A stretch of DNA of 64,000 bases from positions 1-64,000 of the forward strand of contig CAWFGE010000021.1 in the NCBI GenBank assembly GCA_963815195.1, written 5' to 3'. Position 1 is the first letter of the stretch. The number at the start of each line of letters is the position of its first letter. Both the position numbers and the translations under genes were made by a program. The notes under the pieces are model-generated. The model was given only the letters and a program-made list of their open reading frames with translations, searched no databases and was not told the DNA's origin. Source of the DNA: an uncultured Planctomycetaceae bacterium. GTDB taxonomy: Bacteria; Planctomycetota; Planctomycetia; Planctomycetales; Planctomycetaceae. Below are positions 22,041-31,524 of the stretch, in pieces.

Positions 22041-23792
22041 TCAATCGGCTTCGATCGGGAAGGGCACGGGGCCGACGCCCGGCTTGCCCGCGGTCGCCGG
22101 GGCGAACTTTTCGGGTTTGATCTGCTCCGTGCGCTGGCCCAGCCGGGTTGAGCGGGCATTGAGCACCGCGCGGGCGGCGGCGCGGACTTCGTCTTCGCTG
22201 AGCCGGCGGAGGTTGCCGATGCTCACCAGGGGTTCCAAGATGCGAACCGCCCGGCCCACGGACGTTTCCAGAAGCGAGATTTCCATCAGGCTCCGGCGGA
22301 TGTCCTGAAGCGAAGCCACCTGCCGGCTGACTTCCGTGCGGAAGTCGTTCAGAATCTCCAGCGTCTGAACCGCGGTGACGACTTCTTCGCTTTTGCCCGC
22401 CAGGTTCTTGTTCATGCCCATCAAGGTCGTGAGATTCTTCTCGGCGGTCTCCACGGTCTTCCGGTCCACGTTGAGTTGGTCGCGAATGGCGATCAGGCGG
22501 GCGGCGTTGTCGTGGGCGGCTTCGCTGTCCGCACCTTGGATCACGATCGTGTCTTTCAGGGTTAACAGTTCCGCGGCGCTGTCTTGGGCGAGCTTGACGC
22601 CTGGGGACTTCGCGTTGATCTGGTTCTTGAGCGCCACGAATCGGCCGAAGTTCGCGTCCGCGGCGTCGAAGCCTTCTTCCGCGGTCGCCAGGTCGTCGCG
22701 AATCTCCATCAGCCGGCGGGCGTTTTCGCGGGCGACTTCGGTCCGGGAGCCGCGCTCGACAATCTCGTCTTTCAGGCCGACGAGTTGATCGGCGGATTTC
22801 CAGGCGTGATCCATGTCGGCGGCCCCGGCATGGACGGAATCTTTGAGGAGCACCAGATCGTTGATCGTCTCTTGGGCGTCGAGCACGTTCTTGCCGGCTT
22901 GGATCGCCGAGTCTTTCAAGGCGATGATCGCTTTCATCAGGATTTGGGCGTCTTTCACGTCGGCGGTGTTCGCGACGGCGGTGTCCTTGAGGGCGATCAA
23001 GTCGTCCAATTTGAATTGGGCGTCGATCACGTCCACGCTGCCTTCCTGCACCTGATCTTTGAGGGCGATCATCTTGTCGAGCTGCTTTTGAGCCTGGGCC
23101 ACGTCTTGGGTGTCGCGGTTGGCCGTGTTCTTGAGTGCGATGAACTCATCCAGCCGGGCTTGGGCCTGGCCGAGGTCTTCGGCTTCGCCCAGGAGTTGCA
23201 GCTTCAGGTTCCCGAGCTCCCGCACGGATTCCTCGGCCCGCGCGATGTCCCGGACCGCGGCTTGGGCCCGGTCTTTAAGGGCGACGATCCGCTGTAGCGT
23301 GACCGCGGCGCCCGAAAGGCTTTCGTCCTGGTCGATGATGTTCTGGTTCAAGGCGACGACGCCGGTGAGCACGTCTTCGGCCGCGATGGTGAGATCTTTC
23401 TGGTTCACCAGCGATTTTTGCAGGGCGGTGATCCGGTCCAGAGACGCATAGGCCCCCGGCGTTTTCGAGGCTTCGGATTGGACGTCCGAGCGGAAGCGGC
23501 TGATGGTTGGCAGGGCGGTGTTCACGTCTTCGATCTTTTGCGCCTGGTCTTTGAGGCCGGAAAGCAGGCTGTTGGTTTTCCAAGGCTGGTCGGCGACGCC
23601 CACCAGGCTGTCCACGTTTCTTTTGACTTTGACGAGTTCACGGTTGACGGTTTCCATCTTGTCGGACATGGGCCGCACCACAAGGAAGTGCATGCCCAGG
23701 AATCCGGCGACCAGTCCAGCGATTAACATGGGCCAACCCTGAATCCGGGCGTCCGAGGCGGCCGATCCGTTATTTCCGTCGTAATTTTGCAA
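22041..23792 (-). CDS. Membrane-anchored 24-aa-repeat helical protein
   Basis: TTG start with GGAGGAG 5 nt upstream; N-terminal TM; recurring (I/V)ALK(D/N) motif every ~24 aa. Confidence 0.8.
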   Translation of the reverse strand: MQNYDGNNGSAASDARIQGWPMLIAGLVAGFLGMHFLVVRPMSDKMETVNRELVKVKRNVDSLVGVADQPWKTNSLLSGLKDQAQKIEDVNTALPTISRFRSDVQSEASKTPGAYASLDRITALQKSLVNQKDLTIAAEDVLTGVVALNQNIIDQDESLSGAAVTLQRIVALKDRAQAAVRDIARAEESVRELGNLKLQLLGEAEDLGQAQARLDEFIALKNTANRDTQDVAQAQKQLDKMIALKDQVQEGSVDVIDAQFKLDDLIALKDTAVANTADVKDAQILMKAIIALKDSAIQAGKNVLDAQETINDLVLLKDSVHAGAADMDHAWKSADQLVGLKDEIVERGSRTEVARENARRLMEIRDDLATAEEGFDAADANFGRFVALKNQINAKSPGVKLAQDSAAELLTLKDTIVIQGADSEAAHDNAARLIAIRDQLNVDRKTVETAEKNLTTLMGMNKNLAGKSEEVVTAVQTLEILNDFRTEVSRQVASLQDIRRSLMEISLLETSVGRAVRILEPLVSIGNLRRLSEDEVRAAARAVLNARSTRLGQRTEQIKPEKFAPATAGKPGVGPVPFPIEAD

Positions 23793-24159
23793 GGCTACTC
23801 CTCCATCGGAACGAAAGGGGCGTTCTCTCTCTGAGCGCCGCAGTTTATGTAAATGGTGAAATCCGGGTAATTCGCGAGCAGTACTTATTCACCCTATGTG
23901 ATCCAATATCGCCATTTCCCCGATCGCAGTTGGGGGAAATTGGAGTGTTTGGGGAAAAGCAAGCCGGTTTGGGGGAGTTGGAAAGATTTGAGCTAACCTG
24001 CGGCCGGGTTGTAACGTTTGTGTGGTATTTCAGAGGCCGAAGATCAGTCGGAGGCGGGGCTTATTCTTGGATGGGGACCCAATAAAAAAGCATCAGCAAG
24101 GGGCCTTCGCCGACCCCCGGCTGATGCGGAAAAAATCTCAAACGTCTCGCCAGGCGCTG

Positions 24160-24215
24160 AAAAAAAGGACGAGTGAGCACATCGGCGATTGGGAGGAAGG
24201 CTCACTCGTCCCTTT
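24160..24215 (-). terminator. Probable terminator of the Tad gene
   Basis: GGACGAGTGAGC/GCTCACTCGTCC arms with an A7 run (U-tract on minus); a second hairpin lies at 24084-24135. Confidence 0.55.
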
Positions 24216-24237
24216 GGGCGGTCAGGAGGATGGGAAG

Positions 24238-25469
24238 TTATTGGATGAGCACGGGCTTACTGAAAATCGTGTCGTTGGCGATGGGAGCGCCTGAGGTGTC
24301 GTAGGTCACGTTTTCATCGATAAACGGACAGGGCTGCACAATGACGCCCTTGGGGTTCCCGACCAACTTCACATGCACAACCCGCACGCCGACAAATTTG
24401 ACAATTGTGTAGACGCAATTGTTGCCGTTGCCGGCCACGTAACGGAAGATCGGGATCGCGCGCATTTGGCCTTCGATGGTTCTCAGTTCGTCCTTGAATC
24501 CCGCACTAATTCCGGTATCGCCCGTGAGGTCCAGCGCCGCATCAGAACTCGCCTTGATTTCGCTGTTTGGAAAACAGGCCATGTCCTGGGAGTTCATTCC
24601 ATACAGGATTTGCCGCGCAATGTCGCTGCTGCTGTTCCCGCCCAGTCCGATATCCACGGTTCCCCGGTTTCCCGCCGGCTTGTTGGGATCGCTGGACGGG
24701 TACAAGTCCACTTCCAAAACGTTGTCCGGGCCCGACGAGACCCCGCCCGTCTCGGGATTATAACAATAATCGTCCGTGATCCCGGGGAACGTGGAATCGT
24801 TCGCACAGAGGTGGTTCCAGGTTTCCTCATCAAAGGCAAACGGCAAAATCATCGCGTGCCGGGCACTGCCGGTAGGGACGCGAAATCCATTGGCCGGAAG
24901 CATGGCGGAGACGGCTTTTGTGGTGAGCGTGGCGGTTTTCGTTCCGATGACGGGGGCGAAGAACAAGGGCAGCGGTCCATCGCCGTTGCTAACGCCGTCG
25001 CCCGACGCTGACTGGTCGCGGTGCAACGTCAGTTCGACCATGGTTGCGGGAGTCGCGCCCAGATTTTTTGCCAACTGCCGGTATTGGGATCATAGATCGC
25101 TTGACCAAACCGCAGGTCCCGGCCGGGATCGACGTAGATCGAAGACTGATCGCCGGCGCGATTCTTGCCGACCACGTATACGGCGGCCGTGGACGCCGCG
25201 TACTGCGCTTCGGCCGCGGTCATGGTCGCCCCGGTGCCAAGACCGTCCTTGAGATCGAGGACGGCGGCCCGGGCGCCCGCGTCGTTGGCGGATTCCAGTT
25301 GGGCCTTCGTCAGTGAGATATATCCCACGTCGACCGTAAAGGCCAGGAACCCGAACACCATAATCATCATGCCCGACGCGAGCAGAATGACCGCTCCCAA
25401 CCGCTTTTTGGGCGAGAGCCGCTCGAATCGGCGTCTTAAAGACAAAGGTTTCAATGGACGTTTCATCAT
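24238..25469 (-). CDS. TadG-like Flp pilus assembly protein, frameshift near 25060
   Basis: RLGAVILL...FLAFTVDVGY...AQLESANDAGARAA Tad N-terminus; LPLFFAPVIG; GNRGTVDIG; IVKFVGVRV. Confidence 0.8.
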
Positions 25470-25590
25470 GACTTTTCACTCCTCAACGAATTTGCGAGTC
25501 TCTCATCCCATCCAACCATCCCGGCCCCATCGCCCTCACAGGAAACCAGGGACTACAAGCCGTTCCCGCCGGGAAGGGCGTCGAGGATTC

Positions 25591-26244
25591 TTAAGGCGCC
25601 GTCTGTTCATACACAACCCGCTGGGTCGTGTCGGTACTGATCAGCCCGCTCTGCGAATAGTAGCGAACCTGTTTGAGCACGAATTTTTTCACGCGGTTCT
25701 CGCCGAAGCCCACCTTGGAATTCTTCACCGACACGTCCGGGGAATACAGAGTGAAGGCGGTCTGCGACGTGGACACGGACGTCTTAAAGTAGCCGATGCC
25801 AAACACGCCCCACGTGTTGGGCGAGCTTCCGTTCTTGACTTCGAAGACGATGTCCCCGCCCGTGAGCGTCATGGTCATTGAGTAGGTGATGACTTCGTCC
25901 GGGGTGCGCAGCGGCCCGGTCTTCGGGTGCACCATGTAGGTCAGATTGGTGTCGCTGCTCCAAATCTGGAGGCCCATGCCGCCGGCTGTGTAATCCGGCA
26001 GCGTGGAGTGGTTCATTTCGAAGATGCAGTGCACGTCTTCCAGGCGGTCCGTGGACGACATGGCGGTGATAATTTGGGGCGATTCCCCCGCCGGGTCGGG
26101 CGTACCGATTTGGACTTCCCAATCCTCTTCAACGCGAACGATGTCCTGGGCAGACGCCTGATCGACGAAGGCCAGGCCGGCGAGCACGGCGATTCCGGCC
26201 GAGAGGTACGACAACAGATGGCGGCTAAACAATCGTGGCAACAT
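25591..26244 (-). CDS. Secreted hypothetical protein
   Basis: Signal peptide ending ASA|QDIVRVEEDWE; beta-rich mature part. Confidence 0.75.
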   Translation of the reverse strand: MLPRLFSRHLLSYLSAGIAVLAGLAFVDQASAQDIVRVEEDWEVQIGTPDPAGESPQIITAMSSTDRLEDVHCIFEMNHSTLPDYTAGGMGLQIWSSDTNLTYMVHPKTGPLRTPDEVITYSMTMTLTGGDIVFEVKNGSSPNTWGVFGIGYFKTSVSTSQTAFTLYSPDVSVKNSKVGFGENRVKKFVLKQVRYYSQSGLISTDTTQRVVYEQTAP

Positions 26245-26272
26245 GGAGCAGTCTCCTCGGTTCAGAGAATCA

Positions 26273-26347
26273 TTCGGCAGCCTGGCGATCTCACGGCGAG
26301 ACCCACGGCTTTGCGTCCCCGCCTCAAAGCGGGTTTGCCTTTATCGT
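26273..26347 (-). ncRNA. Cyclic di-GMP-I (GEMM) riboswitch
   Basis: Minus strand GATAAAGGCAAACCCGC...GCGGGGACGCAAAGCCGTGGGTCT...GATCGCCAGGCTGCCGAA has the GGCAAAC, GGACGCAAAGC and GCTGCCG consensus blocks; about 28 nt upstream of the ATG. Confidence 0.9.
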
Positions 26348-26743
26348 GATCGCTCCGCGCGACGCTTCCCGCAGGAAATCCGCTTGGCGATCCGGCCCGC
26401 AAATCATTCCGCCGCCGGGGAAAACGCTCGACGGCGGGATGGAAATTCCAAAACTCGATTACGGCTTTCCAAACGAATGCCGTCACGTTCAATCTCAAAT
26501 GTAGGTCGCCGTTCGGGACAATCAAAAAATCTGCCGGTCTTTTGGAAAACATTTGTTGAATGCATTTCACCGGCAACGTGGATTGTGGCAGCCAGGCAAC
26601 ACCCGAAACCGGGACGCTGCTCAAACGCGACCTCGCCGGCCAGATGTCGGAAAAACGGCACGGCGACTTTTCTCCCAATAGGGACTCAGTTACACTCGCT
26701 CCAATGCACAATCCCCAAACATTGTGGACTGTCTCGATGGGTT

Positions 26744-26877
26744 TTTAACGCAAAGGCGCAAAGGCAAAACGAAGGCCGCAAAGAAAAACAAAAATCGACA
26801 TTTCGAACTCGCCTCCGCTTGGTTTCCGGGTTCCAATTCGTGTTTTCCTTTGCGCCTCTTTGCGTCTTTGCGTTAAA
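26744..26877. repeat. REP-like inverted repeat (CGCAAAG family)
   Basis: TTTAACGCAAAGGCGCAAAGG ... CCTTTGCGCCTCTTTGCGTCTTTGCGTTAAA. Confidence 0.8.
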
Positions 26878-26921
26878 TGCCTTTTCTGTTTTGGATTTGG
26901 CAACACGAAGGACGAACCGAC

Positions 26922-28232
26922 ATGGCCTACTTTCCCGACATTCCGAAAATCCCCTACGAAGGCCCGGAGACGAAAAATCGGCTCGCGTTCCGGCATTACA
27001 ATCCCGAAGAAGTCGTCGAAGGCCAGACCATGCGGGATCGGCTGCGGTTCAGCGTGTGTTATTGGCACACCTTCCGCGGCACCGGCTCGGATCCGTTCGG
27101 CGCCGCGACGCTTCAAAGGCCTTGGGACGACGGCTCCAACTCCGTCGAAAACGCCCTGAAGCGCGTGGACGTCGCCTTTGAGTTCATCGAAAAAGTCGGC
27201 GCGCCGTTTTATTGTTTTCACGACCGCGACGTGGCTCCCGAAGGCGCCAATCTCGCGGAGACCAATCAAATCCTGGACACCGTCGCCGCCAAATTGAAAG
27301 AGGCCCAGGAGCGGACGGGCATCAAGCTCCTGTGGGGCACGGCGAATTTGTTTTCGCATCCCCGCTACCTGCACGGGGCGGCCACCAGCTGCAACGCCGA
27401 CGTGTTCGCCTACGCCTCGGCCCAGGTGAAAAAGGCCATCGAAGTCACCCAGGCTTTGGGCGGTGAGAATTATGTGTTCTGGGGTGGCCGGGAAGGTTAT
27501 ATGAATCTTTACAACACCGACATGCGCCGCGAGATGGAGCATCTGGCGAACTTCATGCACATGGCGGTGAAACATGCCGAGTCGATTGGGTTCAAAGGCC
27601 TGTTCCTCTTCGAGCCGAAGCCCAAAGAGCCCACGAAGCACCAATACGATTTCGACGCGGCCGCGTGTTTGAACTTCATCCGGGCTTACGATCTGGAAGA
27701 GCACGTCAAGCTCAACATCGAGACCAACCACGCCACGCTCGCGGGCCATACGATGATGCACGAACTGGAATACGCCCGCATCCAGGGGGCGTTGGGCAGC
27801 ATCGACGCGAACACCGGCGATCTCTTGTTGGGCTGGGACACCGACCAGTTCCCCACGGACCTCTACCTCACCACGCAGTGTATGCTCATCATCCTGAAGC
27901 AAGGCGGCCTCGCGCCCGGCGGCGTGAACTTCGACGCCAAGGTCCGCCGGGAAAGCTTCGAGCCGATCGATTTGTTCCACGCCCACATCGGCGGCATGGA
28001 CGCGTTCGCGCGGGGCCTCAAAATCGCCGCCCGCATCCGCAAAGACGGCGTGCTCGACGAGATCATCGACCACCGCTACCGCAGCTACGATACCGGCATC
28101 GGGCAAAAGATCGACCAGAACGCCACGAGCTTCGCCGAGCTGGAAAGCTACATGCTCGAAAAAGGCGAAGCCGCCCCGAACGAAAGCGGCCGGCAGGAGA
28201 TGCTCGAGAACATCATCAACGATTACCTCTGA
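26922..28232 (+). CDS. xylA: Xylose isomerase (class II)
   Basis: [68 protein letters not shown]. Confidence 0.98.
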   Translation: MAYFPDIPKIPYEGPETKNRLAFRHYNPEEVVEGQTMRDRLRFSVCYWHTFRGTGSDPFGAATLQRPWDDGSNSVENALKRVDVAFEFIEKVGAPFYCFHDRDVAPEGANLAETNQILDTVAAKLKEAQERTGIKLLWGTANLFSHPRYLHGAATSCNADVFAYASAQVKKAIEVTQALGGENYVFWGGREGYMNLYNTDMRREMEHLANFMHMAVKHAESIGFKGLFLFEPKPKEPTKHQYDFDAAACLNFIRAYDLEEHVKLNIETNHATLAGHTMMHELEYARIQGALGSIDANTGDLLLGWDTDQFPTDLYLTTQCMLIILKQGGLAPGGVNFDAKVRRESFEPIDLFHAHIGGMDAFARGLKIAARIRKDGVLDEIIDHRYRSYDTGIGQKIDQNATSFAELESYMLEKGEAAPNESGRQEMLENIINDYL

Positions 28233-28249
28233 TCAGAGGATCGGTCGCG

Positions 28250-28297
28250 CCGCGAACCGGCACAGCGAAAACGCTGCCGCCGCTTCGCGGTTTTTTT
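28250..28297 (+). terminator. Rho-independent terminator after xylA
   Basis: CCGCGAA...TTCGCGG stem followed by T7. Confidence 0.7.
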
Positions 28298-28301
28298 ATG
28301 G

Positions 28302-28485
28302 ACTCAAACCGCAAGTTGGGGGGAGGGTGGCTGGGCGCAAAGGAATGGTTCGAACGAAAAACGCATTCCGAAATCTGGGGCCATGGGAATTGTTTCTCTC
28401 GCGTCCATCGCCCCAGGATTCGCTTGCCTAACTCGATTCATAGAGGAAGCTCCGCCCCAGCCACCCACCCGCCTACAGTTTGAGT
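28302..28485. repeat. REP/MITE-like inverted repeat
   Basis: ACTCAAAC...GGGTGGCTGGG paired with CCCAGCCACCC...GTTTGAGT. Confidence 0.75.
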
Positions 28486-28546
28486 TATGGAGAACGCGCC
28501 GTTTTTGGTGATGATCTCGGGAAACCGGCAACTTGCAAAAATCGGC

Positions 28547-28573
28547 GAACCTCAAAGGCCCGGCCCTCGTCTA
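28547..28573 (+). promoter_or_regulatory. Putative ECF-sigma promoter GAAC-N17-CGTCTA
   Basis: Generic ECF -35 AAC / -10 CGTC pattern ~20 nt upstream of the tRNA-Cys-like gene. Confidence 0.45.
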
Positions 28574-28593
28574 TCAAAGCAGACGCAAAACGC

Positions 28594-28666
28594 GACGTCG
28601 ATGCCTGATGGCCGGGCGGCTGCCTGCAAAGCAGCCTCAGAGTGGGTTCGATTCCCGCCGGCGTCT
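28594..28666 (+). tRNA. Non-canonical tRNA-Cys(GCA), no encoded CCA
   Basis: Acceptor GACGTCG/CGGCGTC, U73, anticodon arm GCTGC-CTGCAAA-GCAGC, T arm GTGGG-TTCGATT-CCCGC; A8 and G14 replace U8/A14. Confidence 0.8.
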
Positions 28667-28856
28667 CTTCCTCCTCATGGATTAGCCGGCGGGCGCTCGC
28701 CCTGGTTGTTTGGGCAACCGGACGCGAGCGACTCATCCAAGCCAATGAGGATTCAGGCAAGCCCCGATTGGTTTCGCACGTCCAGCGGCACTCTCCGCCC
28801 GCGTTTGGCGGTCGCGGGAGCGTGTTCCGAACATGGCCTCTAAACGGCGAACTCAA

Positions 28857-28932
28857 TCTGATGTAGCTCAATGGGAGAGCACCAGACCATCAAATCTGGA
28901 AGTTGCGGGTTCGACTCCCGTCATCGGCTCCA
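28857..28932 (+). tRNA. tRNA-like gene of undetermined identity (8-nt anticodon loop CCATCAAA), CCA encoded
   Basis: TCTGATG-TA-GCTC AATGGGA GAGC-A-CCAGA CCATCAAA TCTGG-AAGTT-GCGGG TTCGACT CCCGT-CATCGGC-T-CCA. Confidence 0.75.
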
Positions 28933-29108
28933 AGATGGCTCGTAACCATCCTGACCATGCAGATGCGAAAGCATCCACCAGCGGCCCGCGGGAGGCGGGC
29001 GTTCGTTTGATCCGCCTGGTTTGGCGGGATGTCTCTGGTTTCAGGGGGACCGTGCTCGTCCGCCGGTAACGGAACAACGAGCCGAATTCGATCAACCCGC
29101 TGGCAGGC

Positions 29109-29136
29109 TTGCATTGGGCGGGTTGTCCTTTATACT
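29109..29136 (+). promoter_or_regulatory. Putative sigma70 promoter of rpmB-gatCAB
   Basis: TTGCAT-N16-TATACT, 55 nt upstream of rpmB. Confidence 0.55.
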
Positions 29137-29191
29137 ACGGGTTTCCTCATCGGACGAAACAAGGCTTCACCATTTTTGATAAGGTCAGGCG

Positions 29192-29455
29192 ATGAGCCAG
29201 AGATGTGATGTTTGCGGAAAGTCCGCCCGGGTCGGCAACCGGGTCGAGCAGCGTGGGAAACCCAAATACCTGGGCGGGAACGGCCGCAAAACCACCGGAA
29301 TCACCAAGCGGAAATTCAGACCGAACCTGCAAAAAATCCGCGTGCAGGAAGGCGACGGCGCCGTCAGCAAAAAGGTCTGCACGCAGTGCATCCGCAGCGG
29401 CCGCGTGCAGAAAGCCGTCGTCCGCCAGCCGTTTACGTTGCCCAAGCAGTCGTAA
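29192..29455 (+). CDS. rpmB: 50S ribosomal protein L28
   Basis: MSQRCDVCGK...GN...TKRKFRPNLQK...VCTQCIRSG. Confidence 0.97.
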   Translation: MSQRCDVCGKSARVGNRVEQRGKPKYLGGNGRKTTGITKRKFRPNLQKIRVQEGDGAVSKKVCTQCIRSGRVQKAVVRQPFTLPKQS

Positions 29456-29464
29456 CATCCAGCC

Positions 29465-29785
29465 ATGCCTGAAGATGCGGCTGCCAGCGGAGTTCCGCTT
29501 TCACCCGACGAGGTGCGGAAGGTCGCCAAGCTCGCCCGCCTGAAATTGGCCGCGGACGAGCAGGAACTCTTCGCCGCCCAGTTGGGGGAAATCTTGGGGT
29601 ACGTCCATATTCTGGACCAACTCGACACGGCGAACGTGGAACCCTTGGCCCACGCGGTGGATGTCGCCAACGTCTTTCGCGAGGACGATCCCGCCGAGTC
29701 GCTGCCCCGCGAAGCCGCCTTGTCCAACGCCCCCAAAACCGATGGCCAATCGTTCCTGGTCCCGCCGATCTTAGACGCCGGCTGA
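29465..29785 (+). CDS. gatC: Asp/Glu-tRNA amidotransferase subunit C
   Basis: VRKVAKLARL...LDTANVEPLAH...NVFRED...LSNAP...FLVPPIL. Confidence 0.95.
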   Translation: MPEDAAASGVPLSPDEVRKVAKLARLKLAADEQELFAAQLGEILGYVHILDQLDTANVEPLAHAVDVANVFREDDPAESLPREAALSNAPKTDGQSFLVPPILDAG

Positions 29786-29891
29786 GCTGTTTTCGGAGCG
29801 GCGGCTTCCCGCCGCCGAGTCGGTCAATCCCCAATCCTCGGCGGCAAGATGCCGCCGCTACGAGATTGTGTTCGCGGAGGTTTGAATATCG

Positions 29892-31373
29892 ATGAGCACG
29901 GCCATCACCTCTGCCTCGGCGTCCGAACTCTTGAGCCGGCTGGAACAGCGCGAGATCTCCGCGGTGGAAGTCGCCCGCGCGTTTTTGGACCGCGTCCAGG
30001 AAACCGATGCCGGGATCGGGGCGTTTCTTTCAATCCAAGCCGATGAAGCTCTCGCCCAGGCGGAACGGATCGATCGAAAGCGAACCGCCGGCGAACCGCT
30101 CGGATCCTTAGCGGGGTTGCCTCTGGGCATCAAGGATGTGATCTGCACCAAGGGCCAGACCACGACCTGTGCCAGCCGGATGCTGGCGAATTTCGTCCCG
30201 CCCTACGATGCTCATGTGATTGAAAAGCTCAAGGCCGCCGATGCGGTGCTGTTGGGCAAATTGAACATGGACGAGTTCGCGATGGGTTCGTCCAGCGAGA
30301 ATTCCGCGTTCAAGCCGGTCCGCAATCCCTGGGACGCCGCCCGCACGCCCGGCGGATCGAGCGGCGGTTCCGCGGCCGCGGTCGCTGCGCGGATGATTCC
30401 CGTCGCGCTCGGCAGCGATACGGGCGGCTCCATTCGCCAACCCGCGGCGTTCTGCGGCGTCGTGGGTCTCAAACCCACTTACGGCCGGGTCTCGCGTTAC
30501 GGGCTCGTCGCCTTTGCGAGTTCGCTCGATCAAATCGGCCCCGTGGCAAGCGATGTCGCCGGGGCCGCCCTGTTGATGGAAACCATCGCCGGCCACGATC
30601 CCCGCGATTCCACCTCGATCAATCTCCCGGTCCCCCGATACCGCGCGACGTTGGAACAGCCGCTCGACGGTCTGAAAATCGGCATCGCGGCCGAGCATTT
30701 CGGGGAAGGTTTGAATCCGACGGTCGAAGAAGCCACGCGAACCGCGGTCAAGGTTTACGAATCCCTGGGAGCCGAGGTCCGCGAAATCCATCTGCCGCAT
30801 TCCCGTTATGCGGTGGCGACGTATTATCTGATCGCCCCCTCCGAAGCCTCGAGCAATCTCGCCCGTTACGACGGCGTGCATTACGGCTTTCGTTCGCCGA
30901 ATTTTGATCCGAAAAACATGATCGACATGTACGAGACCACTCGCGGCGAAGGCTTCGGGGCCGAGGTGAAACGCCGAATTATGATCGGCACCTACGCCCT
31001 CTCCGCGGGCTATTACGATGCGTACTACCTCAAAGCCCTCAAAGTTCGCCGGCTGATCCGGAGCGACTTCGACAAGGCGTTTGAAGCAGTCGATCTGATC
31101 GCCTCGCCCGTCACGCCCGCGCCGCCGTTTAAGATCGGCGAGTTGGTGGACGATCCGCTGGCGATGTATCTCTCGGACATCTATACCTTAAGCGCAAATC
31201 TCGCAGGGCTGCCGGGGATTTCGATTCCCTGCGGCCAGGCGACCGAAGACGGAAAGACGCTGCCTATTGGCCTGCAACTATTGGCTCCGCCGTTTGAAGA
31301 AGAACGCCTCCTCCGCGCGGCCCGCATGTACGAACGCGAAACCGATTGGCACAAACTGCAGCCCGAATTGTGA
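29892..31373 (+). CDS. gatA: Asp/Glu-tRNA amidotransferase subunit A
   Basis: [51 protein letters not shown]. Confidence 0.97.
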   Translation: MSTAITSASASELLSRLEQREISAVEVARAFLDRVQETDAGIGAFLSIQADEALAQAERIDRKRTAGEPLGSLAGLPLGIKDVICTKGQTTTCASRMLANFVPPYDAHVIEKLKAADAVLLGKLNMDEFAMGSSSENSAFKPVRNPWDAARTPGGSSGGSAAAVAARMIPVALGSDTGGSIRQPAAFCGVVGLKPTYGRVSRYGLVAFASSLDQIGPVASDVAGAALLMETIAGHDPRDSTSINLPVPRYRATLEQPLDGLKIGIAAEHFGEGLNPTVEEATRTAVKVYESLGAEVREIHLPHSRYAVATYYLIAPSEASSNLARYDGVHYGFRSPNFDPKNMIDMYETTRGEGFGAEVKRRIMIGTYALSAGYYDAYYLKALKVRRLIRSDFDKAFEAVDLIASPVTPAPPFKIGELVDDPLAMYLSDIYTLSANLAGLPGISIPCGQATEDGKTLPIGLQLLAPPFEEERLLRAARMYERETDWHKLQPEL

Positions 31374-31524
31374 GATTGATTCGCAATCGTCGTGGAGAAG
31401 AATAATTGTCTCACTCATTAGCCGCAGGGGGGCACCGCCCGCAGGGTGGTCCGCCCCGGTTTCCTCGCAAAACCGGACGCCCGCGCGTTCCGGCTCATCG
31501 AAAAACACAACGGACCACGGACAA

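Noticed and set aside
28857..28932. Idea that the 8-nt-loop tRNA suppresses the many frameshifts in this window
   Set aside because: I saw no shared codon context at the frameshift sites, and they cluster in gatB; sequencing error is simpler.
28594..29117. tmRNA, RNase P, SRP or 6S identity for the structured region
   Set aside because: No GGGG 5' end with G3-U70 or tag ORF, no GAGGAAAGUCC, no SRP GGAA domain, and the fold is multibranch rather than one long rod.
29141..29160. Hammerhead-like GATGAG/GAAAC words upstream of rpmB
   Set aside because: No stem II or complete core; it is just a short GTTTC/GAAAC hairpin.
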